The notes beneath the pieces were generated by a model. The model was not told where the DNA came from, searched no databases, and saw only the letters and a program-made list of their open reading frames with translations. Shown piece by piece: positions 62,973-64,000 of a stretch of 64,000 nucleotides of DNA; position 1 is the stretch's first letter, and each line of letters begins with the position of its first letter. The DNA comes from an uncultured Chloroflexia bacterium (GTDB lineage Bacteria; Chloroflexota; Limnocylindria; Limnocylindrales; CSP1-4). The position numbers and the translations under genes are program-made. The stretch spans positions 1,120,001-1,184,000 of the forward strand of contig CAVVJT010000007.1 of assembly GCA_963748625.1 (NCBI GenBank), read 5' to 3'.

Positions 62973-64000
62973 TCGGTGGCGGTTGCCCGGCTCCCTGCTT
63001 CGGTGGCCAGCGCCTTGGCGTCCTTGCGGGACTCCTCGGTGCCGGTGAGCGTCTCGTTGTCCTCGCCCCGGATGAAGGCCTCGACCCGCTCGCGGGCCAC
63101 GTCGTCGTGGACCTGGAGCGGCGGACTCTTCATGAAGTAGGACGAGGGTGCCACGAGGGTACCCGACAGGCCGCGATCAAGCCCGATCTTGAGGCACCGG
63201 ATGGCGTCGATGATGACGCCCGCGCTGTTGGGGCTGTCCCAGACCTCGAGCTTGAGCTCGGCCTTGAGCGGCACGTCGCCGAAGGTGGTGCCCTCCATGA
63301 CGATGTGGCAGTACTTGCGGTCCTTGAGCCACGGCACGTAGTCCGACGGGCCGACATGGACGTTGTCCGGGTCCATGTCGTAGTCGAGCATGGAGGTGAC
63401 AGCGTTGGTCTTGGAGATCTTCTTGGACTCCAGGCGCTCGCGCTCGAGCATGTTCATGAAGTCCGTGTTGCCGCCGAAGTTGAGCTGGTACGTGCGGTCG
63501 AGGCGCACGCCGCGGTCCATGAACAGGCGGGTCATCACGCGGTGCGTGATGGTCGCGCCCACCTGGCTCTTGATGTCGTCACCGATGACCGGCAGGCCGG
63601 CGGCGGCGAAGCGGCGCTGCCAGTACGGCTCACGGCCGATGAACACGGGGATCGCGTTCACGAAGCCGACGCCCGCCTGGATCGCCTGCTCGGCGTACCA
63701 CTTGGTCGCCTCCTCGCTGCCGACCGGGCAGGTAGGAGACCATCACGTCCACCTTGCGGTCGCGCAGGATGCCGATCACGTCGGCCGTGGGGCCGGGCGC
63801 GGGCTCGATCACCTGGGACAGGTACTTGCCCAGACCGTCGTGGGTCATGCCGCGATCCACGGTCACGCCCATGTGGGGCACGTCCATGAACTTGATGGTG
63901 TTGTTCTGGCCGGCGTAGATGGCCTCGGACAGGTCACGGCCGACCTTGGTCTTGTCGACGTCGAAGGCCGCAACGAAGTCGATGTCCGAGATGTGGTACT
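62969..64000 (-). CDS. ino1: Myo-inositol-1-phosphate synthase (5' end outside the window; frameshift near 63725)
   Basis: [55 protein letters not shown]. Confidence 0.95.

Overview
High-GC bacterial chromosome segment spanning the replication origin: jag-yidC-yidD-rnpA-rpmH <> dnaA-oriC-dnaN-recF-dciA. The protein style and gene order suggest a Chloroflexota genome, possibly Limnocylindria (inference only). Housekeeping content includes prs, secA, prfB with its CTT-TGA-C +1 frameshift, ftsEX, smpB, tmRNA (tag ANKQPALALAA) and a probable 6S RNA. Accessory content includes ada-alkA/ogt, an S41 protease, a Ser/Cys proline-racemase-family enzyme, a serpin lipoprotein, an acyl-ACP desaturase, metal and redox genes, and a 13-kb phosphatidylinositol-mannoside/GT-C glycosylation locus. 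The best leads are: (1) a urease-like dinickel hydrolase with intact metal ligands but a remodelled urea pocket and no local ureDEFG; (2) a self-contained ~135-nt transcript upstream of smpB with a 12-nt anti-SD match and a 16-aa Ser/Cys ORF; (3) a structured leader plus an 8-Cys mini-protein coupled to prfB; (4) a PHP phosphoesterase and twin acyltransferases inside an ino1-pimA operon; (5) a CsoR-like palindrome at the dnaA promoter. About ten frameshifts cluster in two zones and are probably assembly errors. No CRISPR array, tRNA, rRNA, integrase or transposase was seen. All calls come from motif reading; no database searches were run.
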